From Eutreptiella sp. 'Long Island Sound 2002' (lineage: Eukaryota; Protista; Euglenida): 64,000 bases of DNA. Location of the stretch: assembly GCA_964036045.1 (NCBI GenBank), contig OZ038378.1, positions 175,584,001 to 175,648,000 on the forward strand, given 5' to 3'. Below the pieces are notes generated by a model. That model ran no database searches, was not told the DNA's origin, and was given only the letters and a program-made list of their open reading frames with translations. Shown here in pieces: positions 9,801 to 21,560 of this stretch (the first letter of the stretch is position 1; each line of letters starts with the position of its first letter). A program made the position numbers and the translations under genes.

Positions 9801-12554
9801 GACCGCTTTCGCTTACGCCGACCTTGCTGCTGGATTCTGGATCGAGGAGTGGCGAAACAGCTTTGTTACCAGCTTCTCCTCATCCTTCTTGTTGCCGTTT
9901 GATACAACACACAATGTTCTGATTCTCTCCTGACAGCATGGGGATAGGTTTTGGCTGGTTGCCACACACGCACATGCTTGTTGCCAGGGAAAATTTGCCC
10001 AGGGTCGCCTGCTCATATGCTTTCCCCTCCTTCATTCACTCAACTCGCTTGCACAGGGTCTCGTGACCCTCCGCCTCCCCGCAGGCACCACCTACGCCTG
10101 ATGCAAAAATACCACTGCTGGTAACAACACCCCACACGCACGCACGCACATGGTGTATGCACAGACAACAGCATCAACCGAGACACAAGTACGGCCAACA
10201 CATGCAGGGCACAACAGTCCCCTGAATTTGGCGGCCCAAAAAGGATGGCTTGATTTCCCCGCAATGGACCGGGGCCTCACATAGTGCCTCCTGAATGGAC
10301 CCTTCTTGCTCACACAAACAAGCACTATAACAAAGCGCGAAGCCTTGTGACTTTGGGGAAAATAGGTGACAGAAAAAGTCCGCAAATTTTTCGCGTCAAA
10401 ATTTCTGCCAGGGGTGCTAAGTGTCATCAACATCTTTTCTAACTGCTCGCTTACAGCATGGCCCCAACGGCGGGGCGGGGGGGGGGGGGGATACGGACAA
10501 AGTCGACCAATCTCAAATCCCAAACGATGCAACGATGCTCCAGCAAACAATAATCCCTCCCCGTATGCAGAGTGATAATTGACAAGGCCACACAACGTTC
10601 ATATCAGTTGTGTGTTTTCATCAATGCAAACCTGCTATGCACAGGGTGCAGGGTCAAGTGAAGCGTCAACGCCAGCTGAAGGAGGAACACTGGACGGTTT
10701 TTGGGGCAGGTGGTCAGGAACAAATGGGTGACAAAACTGCAACGAAAGCGCCACTGCACAGGGCCATGCCTACACACCAACAGTCACATGGTCCAAGTCC
10801 ATGCCCCGCAGGTTGCACGTTAACACCATTTCTTCATCATTCTCCTCCACGTGCACCTTGGGCGTCCGCCAGAGGCTCCACATTGATGGATGGTCTGGAG
10901 CCACTTCTTCAATGCTGTCATCCGATTCCAGTCGACGCAGGAAGGCGTCGAATTCGGCGTCAACGCGCTCTACCAATGCCATTGACAACCGGAATGGGTC
11001 GAACACACCTGAAGGAGATTGAAGGGCCAGAAAGAGAGCGCAGTCAGGGGTCAATGACGATAGATTTAGTGACCAATATGTAGACGGTTCAGCAGTCCAT
11101 TGAGCTTTGATGTCATTGCGAAGGCACGCTTTCAGTGGGGCGAGCAGGGGGGGGCATGAAATCAAATCAAATCAAATCAAATCAAATCAAATCAAAAGTG
11201 GAGTAGGTTTGTGGGTTGGTACTTCCAGTCCAGTGCAGGAGGCTGTGTTTTCTGACGGTCTGCCTGCAGGCTGTGTGCATTTCTGAGAACAACACCATGC
11301 TCCAGGAAATCAGCCGACATTGTTGGGCACGCCAAAACCGTGCAACAGAACCGTGCGCAGACGTGCCAAAAAACCCCAAAACCGCTGACAGTCCCGGCCA
11401 AATTTCTCAAAAATATGCTCCCCTACCCCCCCTTAACCCATAAACCTAAAGACCTAGCACGACGTCCCCAGGGGCACTGGCCGAATGCCACCAACTAATA
11501 CCCACGTAATCGTGACACAAGATCCAGGTGGATACAAACAGTACCAGCATCCACATCATTCAGCTGATTCTGGAACTCCTGGTCTATGCGCCGTTGCAGA
11601 TGCATGAACTTGTCCGTTTGACCAGAGGTGTATAGACGGGTGCTTCGGTCACGGCTGCCCAAACGCAGCACTGATGGAGACTGCAGCCAGTGCAATGTCG
11701 GCGCTCGACGGTGACCTGTGGACAGTGTGGGGTGGGCAGTGGGAGGGAATTGTATCATGCACCCCTGACCTGCAACTCCGTTGAGCTCTCGGCCTGAGCT
11801 CCCGGAGTCGGGATGAAGCCCCAAGCTCTGGTTTGGCTAACTTAAACGGTCAGCCAAATCACAATAGAACATCTTGGACAAGGATGAGGGGTTACATTTG
11901 GGAATATTCGAGGGCACTCGAGGCAAACCAGGGGAACTGAGGGGCCGGACAACAAACATCTAGGAGAAGGGGTGGGGGCGGTGGAACGGGAAGCGTCCAA
12001 CCGCCGTCTGGCACACCTGCTTATCCACCAACACAAACACAAGACACAACGACGACAAACAGCCCAAATGCTGGGGTCCACCCACGAAAAAAGGAGGATA
12101 ATGGGGAAGTGTTTGCCCGCAGCGCACCCGGCGCGCTACTTTTGTATTAACTATCCCCACTTTAACCCCGGGCTTGGGTTTGGGCTTGGGTCTCGCAGGT
12201 GTAGGCTGGGGTTGCGGTTCGGGCTGCGGTTCAGAAGTAGAACTTGAGCTGGAAGTAGAACTAGGAACGAGAACTCCAACCTTAATTAGCACTAGAGTCA
12301 ACCAATCCAATATCAAACGACCAGGAAGCAGGGCGTCGACACTGGCCGGCAGAAGTGTCACGCAAGCGGACAGGACCTGCAAACATCAAATAGCCTATAA
12401 ATATTCCCAGAAAGAGGGTCCCCAGGCTCTTTGCATATGCCCTTGCAGCCGAAGGCGAGCACATTGGCGGTGGCCGCTGCTGCATGGGCATGTCCAGGCT
12501 GTAGTACCTGTCCTGCAATTGCTTGAAGGGCAATGTGACATCGTTGGCAGACAT
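6768..12554 (-). CDS. HSP20: Small heat-shock protein (HSP20/alpha-crystallin domain), 5 exons, 275 aa, probable organellar (plastid) presequence
   Basis: join 12377-12554, 11545-11715, 10778-11008, 8963-9099, 6768-6878 = 828 nt; all introns GT-AG and phase-matched. ACD reads PKVHVEENDEEMVLTCNLRGMDLDHVTVDLKGQQLVISA...YFSRTVVVPPGVRPKDVKAAMEGHTLRVVVQKP, followed by a C-terminal VLI (I/V-x-I) motif. Confidence 0.9.
7218..8431. mobile_element. Non-autonomous TIR element (hAT-like MITE), 8-bp TSD, inside sHSP intron 4
   Basis: About 100-bp imperfect TIRs (CCGGACTTGGGGTTCGGCGGACTTATCGGC... and its reverse complement near 8340-8425). TCACAGGC lies directly at 7210-7217 and 8432-8439. Confidence 0.8.
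7457..8300. repeat. Tandem array, 99-bp base unit with 0-2 extra 16-bp subunits, inside the MITE
   Basis: ATAAC(A)TGACTC starts at 7457, 7588, 7687, 7802, 7901, 8000, 8099, 8214; periods 131, 99, 115, 99, 99, 99, 115. Confidence 0.9.
8963..9099 (-). CDS. HSP20: sHSP exon 4
   Basis: Acceptor CTGCAG; LKGQQLVISAW...YFSRTVVVPPGVRPK; donor GTACAA. Confidence 0.9.
10778..11008 (-). CDS. HSP20: sHSP exon 3 (start of ACD)
   Basis: Acceptor CCTTCAG; VFDPFRLSM...MDLDHVTV; donor GTGTGT. Confidence 0.9.
11177..11215. repeat. (AATCA)n microsatellite in sHSP intron 2
   Basis: About 7 perfect pentamer copies. Confidence 0.9.
11545..11715 (-). CDS. HSP20: sHSP exon 2
   Basis: Acceptor TCCACAG; HRRAPTL...TRLYTSGQTDKFMHLQRRIDQEFQ; phase-1 donor GTACTG. 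Confidence 0.8.
12377..12554 (-). CDS. HSP20: sHSP exon 1 (ATG plus hydrophobic segment)
   Basis: MSANDV...AKSLGTLFLGIFIGYLMFA; phase-1 donor G|GTCCTG. Confidence 0.75.
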
Positions 12555-12580
12555 GGTGATCCTGTGGAATAAAAATAGCT
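12555..12580 (-). promoter_or_regulatory. AG acceptor 7 nt upstream of the sHSP ATG (candidate spliced-leader trans-splice site)
   Basis: TTTTATTCCACAG|GATCACC-ATG. SL trans-splicing is established in Euglenozoa; the use of this particular site is inference. Confidence 0.5.
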
Positions 12581-13115
12581 TCGAAACGGCTTACAGCAAA
12601 CCACATAAACTGACAATAAGGGAAGGGAACTGATTACTGGCTGTGCTATGGAATGGAGTGTTCGATTTTCTCACGGAAAAATCACCAGCAGGCTTTGTAT
12701 ATACGAAGGAAGGGTCCCGCAACCTGACACCCACCCTCCACCGCGCGCAAAATCGCTCCACAAACATAGCCGAATCACCAGCGTGGGGGAAGAACCTTGA
12801 CAAGCAAACATATTGTGCTGTGTGCAATTGTCTATTATGTACCATAACGAAAATGAACAACAATCACCCAAGAAATGATCCAAGAGTGCAACCCCTGTTA
12901 TCTTGTATTGCTTGTAAACAGGTCATTCTACAAACACCCGCATGCCAACCTGCGGCATGCATTTTTGTATCTTTGACTTCCTCGTGAAATTCTGATCATT
13001 TTGAACACACAAAAGCGGGGTTGAAACCCATTTCCACTCACGATGAGTGAAATCAAAACAGGGCATTCCGGCAGATGCACCAATGAATGTGCAAAGGCAC
13101 CCAACAAAATGTCTA

Positions 13116-13670
13116 CCCCCTGCCCCCCTTGTACAAGAAACACCTCCGCGCGACGGTTCCCTCACACCCCTGAGGGAACGTACCCGAAGTGACGGTTCCC
13201 TCGCCCCCCCGCTTACTATGCAAGGGACGCGCGACACACAGCAAGACAGGCAAATAACAGGGCATGTGAACGACGTGAAAAAGGCCTGTTGACATGCATG
13301 CTTAGACCGATACTCAGCACCATGCTCTGAAGGGCCCAGAATCTTTGCAAACACAACGGTGCCTTCGGAACGCTTGAAATTGACAACCGTACCAGGTGTG
13401 TACATGTCAATATGCTCAACATCCATGGCTACAATTGCGAAAAACTGAGAGGTCTGCATGATACAGGGTCCAGTACCGTGCCTTGGATGCAAGAACTATG
13501 AAGAACAGAGCAATGCACAAATGCTACTACCTTGTCCAACCAACAGACATGCAGGAGAAGCTCAATATGGAACTTTTCTGTAAATTTCGGAAAGTGAAAG
13601 TGACAGTTCCCTCGCCCCCCCCCCCCCCCGCTTACTATACAAGGGCGTTTCTTGTTCAAGGGGGGGGGGG
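13116..13670. mobile_element. MITE with poly-C/poly-G TIRs flanked by TA
   Basis: Left TA-CCCCCTGCCCCCCTTGTACAAGAAACACC; right GGCGTTTCTTGTTCAAG(G)10-TA. A ~45-bp internal block is duplicated near 13190 and 13600. Confidence 0.75.
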
Positions 13671-14649
13671 TAGGACATAAGGCACATCGTGATTTGTATG
13701 CCATTGTTCAGGGCGCAATCAAGCACTACCACTATATGTACAAACAAGAGACCTGCGTCTTGCACACCAAGAAGCCAAAGCATCTTTAATGGGGCTGGGG
13801 GATAAGAAAGCCCACACAATGCTCACCTGAGAACGTGGGTTACGACAGGTGGGTCAGTACAGTGACCACAACCATTACAATGCATCGCCTTGCTCTCCAC
13901 AACATACCTGTCTTATGCTTCAGCTTGGGCACCGGGGCTTCTAGGCGGTGCATGAGGGATGTGAAGTCTAGCAATAGGAACACAATTGGGTTCCCTGCTG
14001 GTTGCCCTCAACCTCCCGTGCCAAAACATTGCAACACGACTGCTAGCTCCTCATCACCAATACTACAACAGTCCCGCACAAGCTCTGTCCCAATACTCAG
14101 TCCTGGTTAGGGGTTGGTGGCAGACTTGTATAGTAAATCCTTTGGGGGGGGGGGGGGGGGCAAACACATTCAGCAGCATAGAGCGGGTCTACAGCAGGGC
14201 AATAGCGTTCTCGAACCGTAGATGCTCAGTCCCGTTACGGTCTTCGCTCCCAATGACACTGCTATGTACACCGAGCTCGTCTATACGTACAGCATCTGCT
14301 CTGATTGGTCGGGGGGGGCATATAATCTGTCATCTAAGCAACATGGAGGGCATGGTTGCATCATGGATGTTTCTGCAGTAGGCCACTATTGATAAACTTT
14401 TCCTTCCCACGCCTTTGCTGCCAATGCAAAAAATGAACCCTGTCGGTTGGTCCCCCTCGCCCGTTTTCTGTCTCAACCAAGCCCCTGCAGGTCTAAACCC
14501 TGCCAACAGCTTTTCCTAAACAAAACAATGAAATGAACAGAACAAGTATTGTCCCCTCAGGAAACCCCTGTTGCACATACAAAGAAAATTATCATGCCTG
14601 AGACCGATGGCCCCTTAGAGGATGCCGCAAAGGCGACAGCTTCCCTGTT

Positions 14650-15450
14650 TACATCCCTCTTCTCCTGTTTGGTAGACGGTTTAGGATGACCAGATGGTAG
14701 CCTTCGTGAGATACACAATGCCCATTTTGTTTGTTGTGCTTGCAGTCCCCAGCGACAGTCGCCCTGAAAGCCGCCCCCTTCCTCTTTTTGGAGGTTGACA
14801 ACAGAAAAATAGAGTGACTGTGACGGCAAGCACCATTTCTCAAGCACTACAAAAATGGCACCCTAAACGATGTTTTTGGATGACACAAGATCAATGGGGT
14901 GAATTTGGAACTCCCTGAACTTTTTGAACCTGTGTTCTTCGCCAACCCTGGGTGGGTCTGAGACCTGTTGTGTCCTTGTTCCACCCATAGACCCACTGCA
15001 AATCTGTCTTTGTGGCGTGCTGAGCATGATGTGGCGTTTGGGGAATTGGCTGTATGTTAAGGACCACAGCGGGCTTGAGAAACCGAGCTTGGAAGTCCAA
15101 CAGTTGGTCTAAAGCTGTGCGCAACAATCTACAAGTAGCACATGCCACTGCATGAATGACGTTATGTTCACCTGCAAAGCACTGTTTCCGACATGCAACT
15201 TTAAAAGCGGTACGATACTCTCCTACCAATTGGTTTTCAGGGATTCCATCGCCGATTTCCAGGATTTGGTCGCGATAGGGCAGAACCTACCCCTGTGGCC
15301 CCGTAAATCGATCTGCGTGCAAAAAGTGTGGCACTGGAACATGGAAGGGTCATGGAAGGGCTGGCCTAATAACTATGCTATACCAACACCACAGTCCGCA
15401 TTTGTTTGAAACATGCTGACAAAGCACGAATACGATGCAGCATTATAATT
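14650..15450 (-). mobile_element. Decayed L1/Tx1-like LINE fragment (post-RT region)
   Basis: SVVNLQKEEGGGFQGDCRWGLQAQQTKWAL resembles the PKxxGGLG...AKW block after the RT; multiple stops. Confidence 0.35.
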
Positions 15451-16930
15451 CTCATACCTGTCAAGAAGCAAATGGCTTTTTCAATGGACAAACAGTGGCA
15501 GATGGTGGGTTCCGAGTGCAACACAGCAAACGCCAAAGGGAATTGCTGTGCGGAGTAACTTAACAAGAGAGGTGAATCTTGCCATCTGCACCACTCACCC
15601 TGGACAGTCACGCATCATGCCCATTTGTCTTGGGACTCTGCTTGTTGCTTGCTGTGGATGCATGCAAAGTCTGTCGTCGAGAAGCAATGGTCTGCTGTGC
15701 TCGTGGGAATGCACATTGCGTCGTAGACCTTCGGCAGGGCATTGATTGCCGACCTCCGCCCTCGCCAAGGTAGACACAAACAGGCGGGGCTGGGCCCTAC
15801 TGAGGCATGCACAGCATGCAGCAGATTCCTACTGAGTTCTGGAAGTAAGTGGGGCGGGTTTTCCTAACTGGCTGATTCCTAACGATTCTGTCGGGCGCTA
15901 GTGGCATGTCTGCCCCCAGGAGGGTGGTTGCGGGGGTGGATTTGTCAAATGGGGCCCAGGCCAGCGTCACCCACACACCCAATTGGTCTGATCCTTGCGA
16001 CCGATTGTAAGTACGGGGGGTTAGGGTAGGGGGTTGGGGTAGAACCAGACTTGCCACTAGCATCCAGCATCCCAGACGTGATCAGGCGGAGCGCGATCAT
16101 ACTGAGCAGTGCACTGCGTGCAGCACGTTTTTACTGATATCTGGATGTAAAAAGGGTGGGTATCACTGATGAAATGGGGCCGTTCATAGCGAGATACAAC
16201 TTCTACTGGAGACCAGTGGGATGTCGGGGTGGAACCCTCCCTCACTAAGCAATGGGCTGACCTTGGGTTGGAGAACCTGTGACGAGGGAGCCGGGTGCTT
16301 TCTCCCTGATGGGTAGGAGAATTGCTCTCTGAGAAAGGAATGCCGAGTGAGTGACAAAGGGGACTGGGCCTGGAGTCGCAACGGGGATGACACCAACAGG
16401 GGCTCCTAGTGCACCGCGCACGCACCGCATGACTTTCAGAACACACTTATCAAGTCTGAGAGATGTGAGGCCAGCCAACCAACACCCATCGACGGGGAGC
16501 CAGCGAAGGTCGTCACGCGCCCCAGGGCACTCTCTGTTGGTGTCAAAACAAATACCATGTGTGAAGGGAGCATGAATTGCACATGCGCACACGAGTGGGA
16601 AGAGCCCCCAAAAGGTGATTGCCCTTCATGGTGTGGGGCACCAGTACACACCAGCTCTATACTCCCCACCGAGACCTCCCTGTCTCCTTCCCATCTCCCA
16701 CCCTGAGGATTGTTACTCTGTCCCACAGGCGCAGAGACATGGGTGCCATTCAAACGTGACCCGAAAGAAAATACCATATCATACACAACCATTGCCTCAT
16801 GCAGCAGCACAGGCCTGGGGCGGCGAGGTGGGGGGGGGGGGGGGGGCAGGCAGCATTGCGTGCAGGGCGGTCCTTAAGGTAGGGGAAAAAAAACGCCGGC
16901 GTCCGTCAAACGCAGCTCGACGATTAGAGG

Positions 16931-16990
16931 GTAACTAACGGCGGTTGGAAAGTAACCGACGGCGGTTGAAAAGTAACCGACGGCAGGTTC
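16931..16990. repeat. 21-bp tandem repeat, 3 copies
   Basis: GTAACCGACGGCGGTTGRAAA at 16931, 16952, 16973. Confidence 0.8.
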
Positions 16991-17177
16991 AAAGGAACTA
17001 GAGCAGCCCCTGGAGGCGGTCCTTCATGCAAAACAACGTCCTTAAGGGCCGCCTGTACTGCGTAGCAGAGCACTGTATAGTACGGCTTCAGGGACGCACA
17101 GCACCGAACAATGCCCCCTGCAGCACTGCAGCCCCTGGCAGGCCCCTGAGGAGGGGAACACAGATCTCTGGCAGGAA

Positions 17178-17369
17178 TTATGGACAGAAAGATCCGAAGT
17201 TCTCCTGCGGAAAACACACTCGGATCTCGCGGGCGTCCATGTCGTACACCTCATACGAGCCGCTCTGCAGTTTGTACTTGTCCTGTTTGCAGAACGCGGC
17301 GTACACCTTCATGGCGCAGAGCATAAAGGACACAGGGACCAGTTTGATTGGAAACACGGTCTCTACAAC
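17178..17369 (-). CDS. TEX264: TEX264-like exon 2
   Basis: Acceptor TTGTCAG; VVETVFPIKLVPVSFMLCAMKVYAAFCKQDKYKLQSGSYEVYDMDAREIRVCFPQENFGSFCP*. Confidence 0.85.
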   Translation of the reverse strand, partial: VVETVFPIKLVPVSFMLCAMKVYAAFCKQDKYKLQSGSYEVYDMDAREIRVCFPQENFGSFCP

Positions 17370-20300
17370 CTGACAATATCATGGCACTGGGGCAGAGGGG
17401 CACACAAGTATTAGGTATAGGATGCTTGAGGGCAAAGAAGATAAAGGTGCATCGGATAAACGGCATTGGGTGACTGGGGCTGGGAAATACATGGGTGCGG
17501 GGAGACATATCCAAGCCGTAAAGAAAAACAGGCCACAAGGAATTTGGCCAGTGGCCTGCAGATTGTGTATTTGGGTGTTGTTTTTTGTTTTTTGTTGCTG
17601 TTTTTTGAGAATCTGTGCAAACACAATAACTTTTTGTACTGCACAAGTGTTGTTTCTCTTCTTGTGAATGTGGCCTTGGATCTACCCTTTTGTTGAGCAT
17701 CCATGGGAGGGTTCAAAATAAACAAACACACGCGTTTATTTTCCATTTGCCTGAGGCCTGGCCTGCACTTGATTCAACCTTGCAGCATGTCCACATCAGG
17801 ACACAGGGAATAAGAACAAGGGTGCATAGGGCCAAACAGTACAAGAGGATCGTGAAGTGTACAAAGGAGAAGGGCCATAGGGTTAGATGCGCACAATGGC
17901 AACGGCATAGGAACCGAGACTTGGCCCTGAAGGAATATAAGGGCGTCGCCATGCATTGGGCAGACAAGAGCATGGGAAAACGGGAGGGTGGGAAGATGGG
18001 CACAGGAGCATGACAACATAAGCAGGCGCTTGCAGCGACTTTAAAGCAAGCGTCCTGGGCTCTGGGCTCTGGTCTCCAATTTACCACCCCCTAGAGAACG
18101 ACTAGACGATGTTTTTGTTACACGCATTTACCGCAAAAAGAAAATTACACAAATTACAACAATTACACAGCTCCAAGCAGAAGCATACACAGAAAACTGC
18201 CACCCTACAAGCCAAATCAACCCCCAAACCCTCGTTACATCCATCGCAAAGTCCACAAGGTGTGGCGGTGTGTTTTTGACAAATATCGACTGCACCCCCA
18301 CCATCATTGCGCAGGGGAGGCGGGGGGGGGGGGCATATTCCCATGGTCCATCAGGGGGGAATGGACCTGCAACAAAATGCACAACAAAAAGAGAACACTT
18401 GCATGGCGCCTGGGATAGTGTGTGTGTGGGGGGGGGGTGGGGGGGTAAAAGTCTGCTCAGCGCGTGCCAGGGGCGCTACCACACCCTCATATTCGCATTT
18501 AAGGACACGTTGGCGCAAAGGGGCACAAGCATTAGGGGTGAACGGCATGGGGGCATATGGGTTTGGGGCATCCAGACAGAGAGACACAGAAGCATACCGG
18601 CATAGGGCAACAGGAGTGCAGTGGCACACGAGCAGAGGAGAATCGGGGGGGGGGGTCGGCGGGCACTGGGCGTTTTCACCAAGGGTGGAGGAGATGCGGT
18701 TTGGGGCCCACTTGAGGTCCTTTTGGAGACCACCCTCTGCAGGACTGAACTATCCAGAGGCTGAAAAATGGTACATGTTGGAACCAACAGCACCGTTCTT
18801 GGTTGCGAGCTGATTTTCAGCCCTACCCCCCCCCCCCCCCCCCGCGCATGCCCCCGGCCCCACATTGAAAACCCAAAGAACAATATTTGAATTGTGTATG
18901 CACTGGACCCACCGCTGATTCCGCTAGCCCTCATCACCAAAAGTGGTGATGGGCTTTGTTAAGCCGTACAACTTTTTGTGCTTTAGGCGGTAGCTGCACC
19001 GGGCCTAAGTACCCCCACTGTTGGTGGGGTTGCCTGTGACATTTGGGAAGTGGAAAAAAGGGTTGCAGCGGGGGTTCTGGAAGAGGGGCTCAAATGTTCA
19101 AAGGGTGATGCAGCGCGCGCGCGCGTGGCGCGGCTATTCGGCGACGTCCACGGGAGACGTGTTGTGTTGTCATTGTTTGGATTTGTCCTCTCGCACCGGA
19201 CACCTCTCCGTATGTACTCATTTGGGACCACAAAGGGCCACAAGGCCAGGGGCCATTTCAAAGATTATGACGTGGGTGCCCCATTGTATTGTGCTCTTGA
19301 TTGTGCTGCTATGTTTGTGGGAAGGGGCGGTGTTCATACGATTTTTGTGGTCAAAATGTTTGCTCTCCTTAGGGGCCATTTCAGGAGGGGGTAGGGGCCA
19401 TTTCAGGAGGGGGTAGGGGCCATTTCAGGAGGGGGTAGGGGCCATTTCAGGAGCGGGTAAAACCAGGGCGTCCAGGGTGTACTTGCCGCAAAAGTAGCGA
19501 AGTGCGCGCGGCGCAAGTACTCCCCAAAAGTGTCCAGAAGTGGAAATAGCTTTGTTCACGGCTTCGTGATGCTGATTATGCCCCGTCTTTGAATACTGCC
19601 TCCTTTAGTTCCTGCTCAACCTCAAGCTGTAGCTCCCTGCCGACTCTACCTCTAGCTCCGACTCTGATCCGAACACTCATAGCAGCAGTTCTACCTCTGC
19701 CAACACCAATTCTGATACCAGCAACTCTGATATTTTGGATTGACATCTGCACCTGAGCGCCATCTCTGTAATGCAGAACACATGGCAGATGGGCCATCAG
19801 CATGGCGGCCACAGGGTGCTGGGCAGGGCATTCAAAAGAGGTCAATTGCCCAGCATGCGCCCAGCCCCGTAACTTCCCCTATACTGCACAAGAAGGCATA
19901 AGGAGACCAGTGTGTACCAGATGTGCAGCGAGTGTGTACCGGGTGTGCACCAGCATCTACCACGTGTGTACCAGGTGCGTCTGTGAGTCCCAGGCGTGTA
20001 CCGGGTGCGTACCAGGCAACACTGACGAACTGGACCAGTGTGTTGGTGTGGACTGGGTGCATACCAGGCGTGCACCAGCGTATAAGTGGTGTGTACCGGG
20101 TGTGTGGCGGGGCATAGGGGAGAGTGGAGTATCTGAGCATGTGGCATCCGTGCCTTTCCGCACAATGGCACCTTCGTCTGCGGCATCACACGGATAATCA
20201 TGTCGTGCTCCGCCAGGTCTTTCTGGGAAATAGCAAGGCACTTCTGCTCCTCATTTCGATGGACGAGCAGTCCTGCCATCCACTGCAGCTCTTCCGCTTT

Positions 20301-20561
20301 GACGGTCTTGGGGTCATCAAAGTACAGCCCCGCACACTTCGTGGACTTTGTGGTCAGGCCGTGCGCCTCTGCAAACTTGCAGACGTCCTCAAGCGCTTTG
20401 CCTGCATTGTGGTATGGGCCCCGCCTCCGGACGCAGAGAAACAAGGCCGCTTGTGTAAAGCTCTCGGCAAACCGCACGGACCTGAACAGGCCCAAATACC
20501 ACAGAAACGCGGCAGCCGAGCCGGCGATGCCAGTCACAACGACCCCAAGCGTGGTATTCAT
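17178..20561 (-). CDS. TEX264: TEX264-like protein (N-terminal TM plus GyrI-like domain), 2 exons, 193 aa
   Basis: join 20172-20561, 17178-17369; intron GTGCCA...TCAG, phase 0. FLWYLGLF, GPYHNAG, GLYFDDPKTV and VVETVFP...YEVY...IRVCFPQ...F align by eye with TEX264 YSGL, GLYGETG, AVYYDNPHMV and VVTATFP...LEIY...IHFMCP...F. Confidence 0.82.
19371..19458. repeat. 22-bp tandem repeat, 4 copies
   Basis: AGGGGCCATTTCAGGAGGGGGT at 19371, 19393, 19415, 19437; no spacers. Confidence 0.9.
20172..20561 (-). CDS. TEX264: TEX264-like exon 1
   Basis: 130 codons ending MPQTK at AAG|GTGCCA. The remainder of the 239-aa track ORF is intron read-through. Confidence 0.88.
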
Positions 20562-20700
20562 AATGTGAACAATGCTTCACTGCACATAACAACGCAGAAT
20601 GGGCGTGGGGGGTAATGAGTCTTGTAAAAGATGGGGATAGGGCAATAGGGGGACAGGGGCAGGAGCTCACAGGAGGTGAGGGGGAGGGGAGGTCAACAAC
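20562..20700 (-). promoter_or_regulatory. Polypyrimidine tract and AG acceptor upstream of the TEX264-like ATG (candidate trans-splice site)
   Basis: C/T-rich tract on the minus strand, then GTGCAG with AG at 20581-20580, 18 nt before the ATG. Confidence 0.45.
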
Positions 20701-20829
20701 TTTCGATGGTTTCTTTTGTTTTTGGCATGTTTGGACTCACCCCTAAATTCAGAGCATTTTGGCTATACATAAGTGTGTGTGGACGGGGTCAAAAAACTGC
20801 CCGTCACTCATCATAATTGAAAAAAATAG

Positions 20830-21560
20830 CAGGAAAGCCTGGCAGATGCATCAATGACGCCCTCAAAGTCGCCAACACGTCGGAATGTTATTGGCAGTCC
20901 CCCACTGCTGGTCCCAGTGGTCGGAGGTTTGGGGGTCTAGACGGAGCTGGAGTGGGTGGGAGGTTGTGGGTCCCCACTTCAATGCCCCCCATGCTCAACA
21001 CCATGACTTGATTCTGAGTTTTTGCCACAAATTTTTGGGTGGCCTGAACCTTTCCAGCCAGTCCCCAGTTGTTTTGCTCGTATGGATTCACATTGAACGC
21101 ATCCTCAGTTTAACCCTCCAGGTTTGCATCCCACCCCCGTTGCACAACCATGGCCGAGGTCAGGGAAACCAACAATCAGAGAGGGAGAGAGTCATGACCC
21201 AGGCTCTTCTTTCTCACCACAGCTGGCAGAATTGGGCCCAGCATGAGTTGGCTGGAAATTTCGCAATTTTTTGCGACCCCGACAACTCCTGGGGACCCTT
21301 GGACCGCGATTGAGGGATCATTTGGTGACAACAGGAGTAGATATGAATACACAGGGAGCCATTTAGCACCAATTAGGCGCAAGGCAATATCATAATGGCT
21401 TTGAGGTGGGCAATATGATAATAGGATTGTGGTGCGAACCATGGCTTATTGAATTCTTGATTGCCTTCCTCCTCATTGTTGTCGTAGATTCCATTTTTTC
21501 CTCATTGGTGCTCAATCATCCACCTATGTTGTTCAACAAGCAAATTTGGGCACCACAATG
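20830..21560 (-). mobile_element. Highly decayed APE-endonuclease-like LINE relic
   Basis: Scattered frames give ICLLNNIGG, TILLS..QSH and VGDFEGVIDASAR in the order of APE motifs; many stops. Confidence 0.3.

Noticed and set aside
10599-10631. Alternative sHSP acceptor giving VCIDENTQLI*
   Set aside because: It stops after 10 codons and truncates the ACD; the 9099 acceptor restores the full domain.
14222-14266. PVTVFAPNDTAM resembles the fasciclin H1 motif
   Set aside because: Isolated, with no other FAS1 motifs or linkable exons; it follows a poly-G run in repeat-like sequence.
19842-20171. C-terminal 109 aa of the 239-aa track ORF
   Set aside because: Read-through into an intron made of GTGTACC-type repeats; the real frame continues at 17369.
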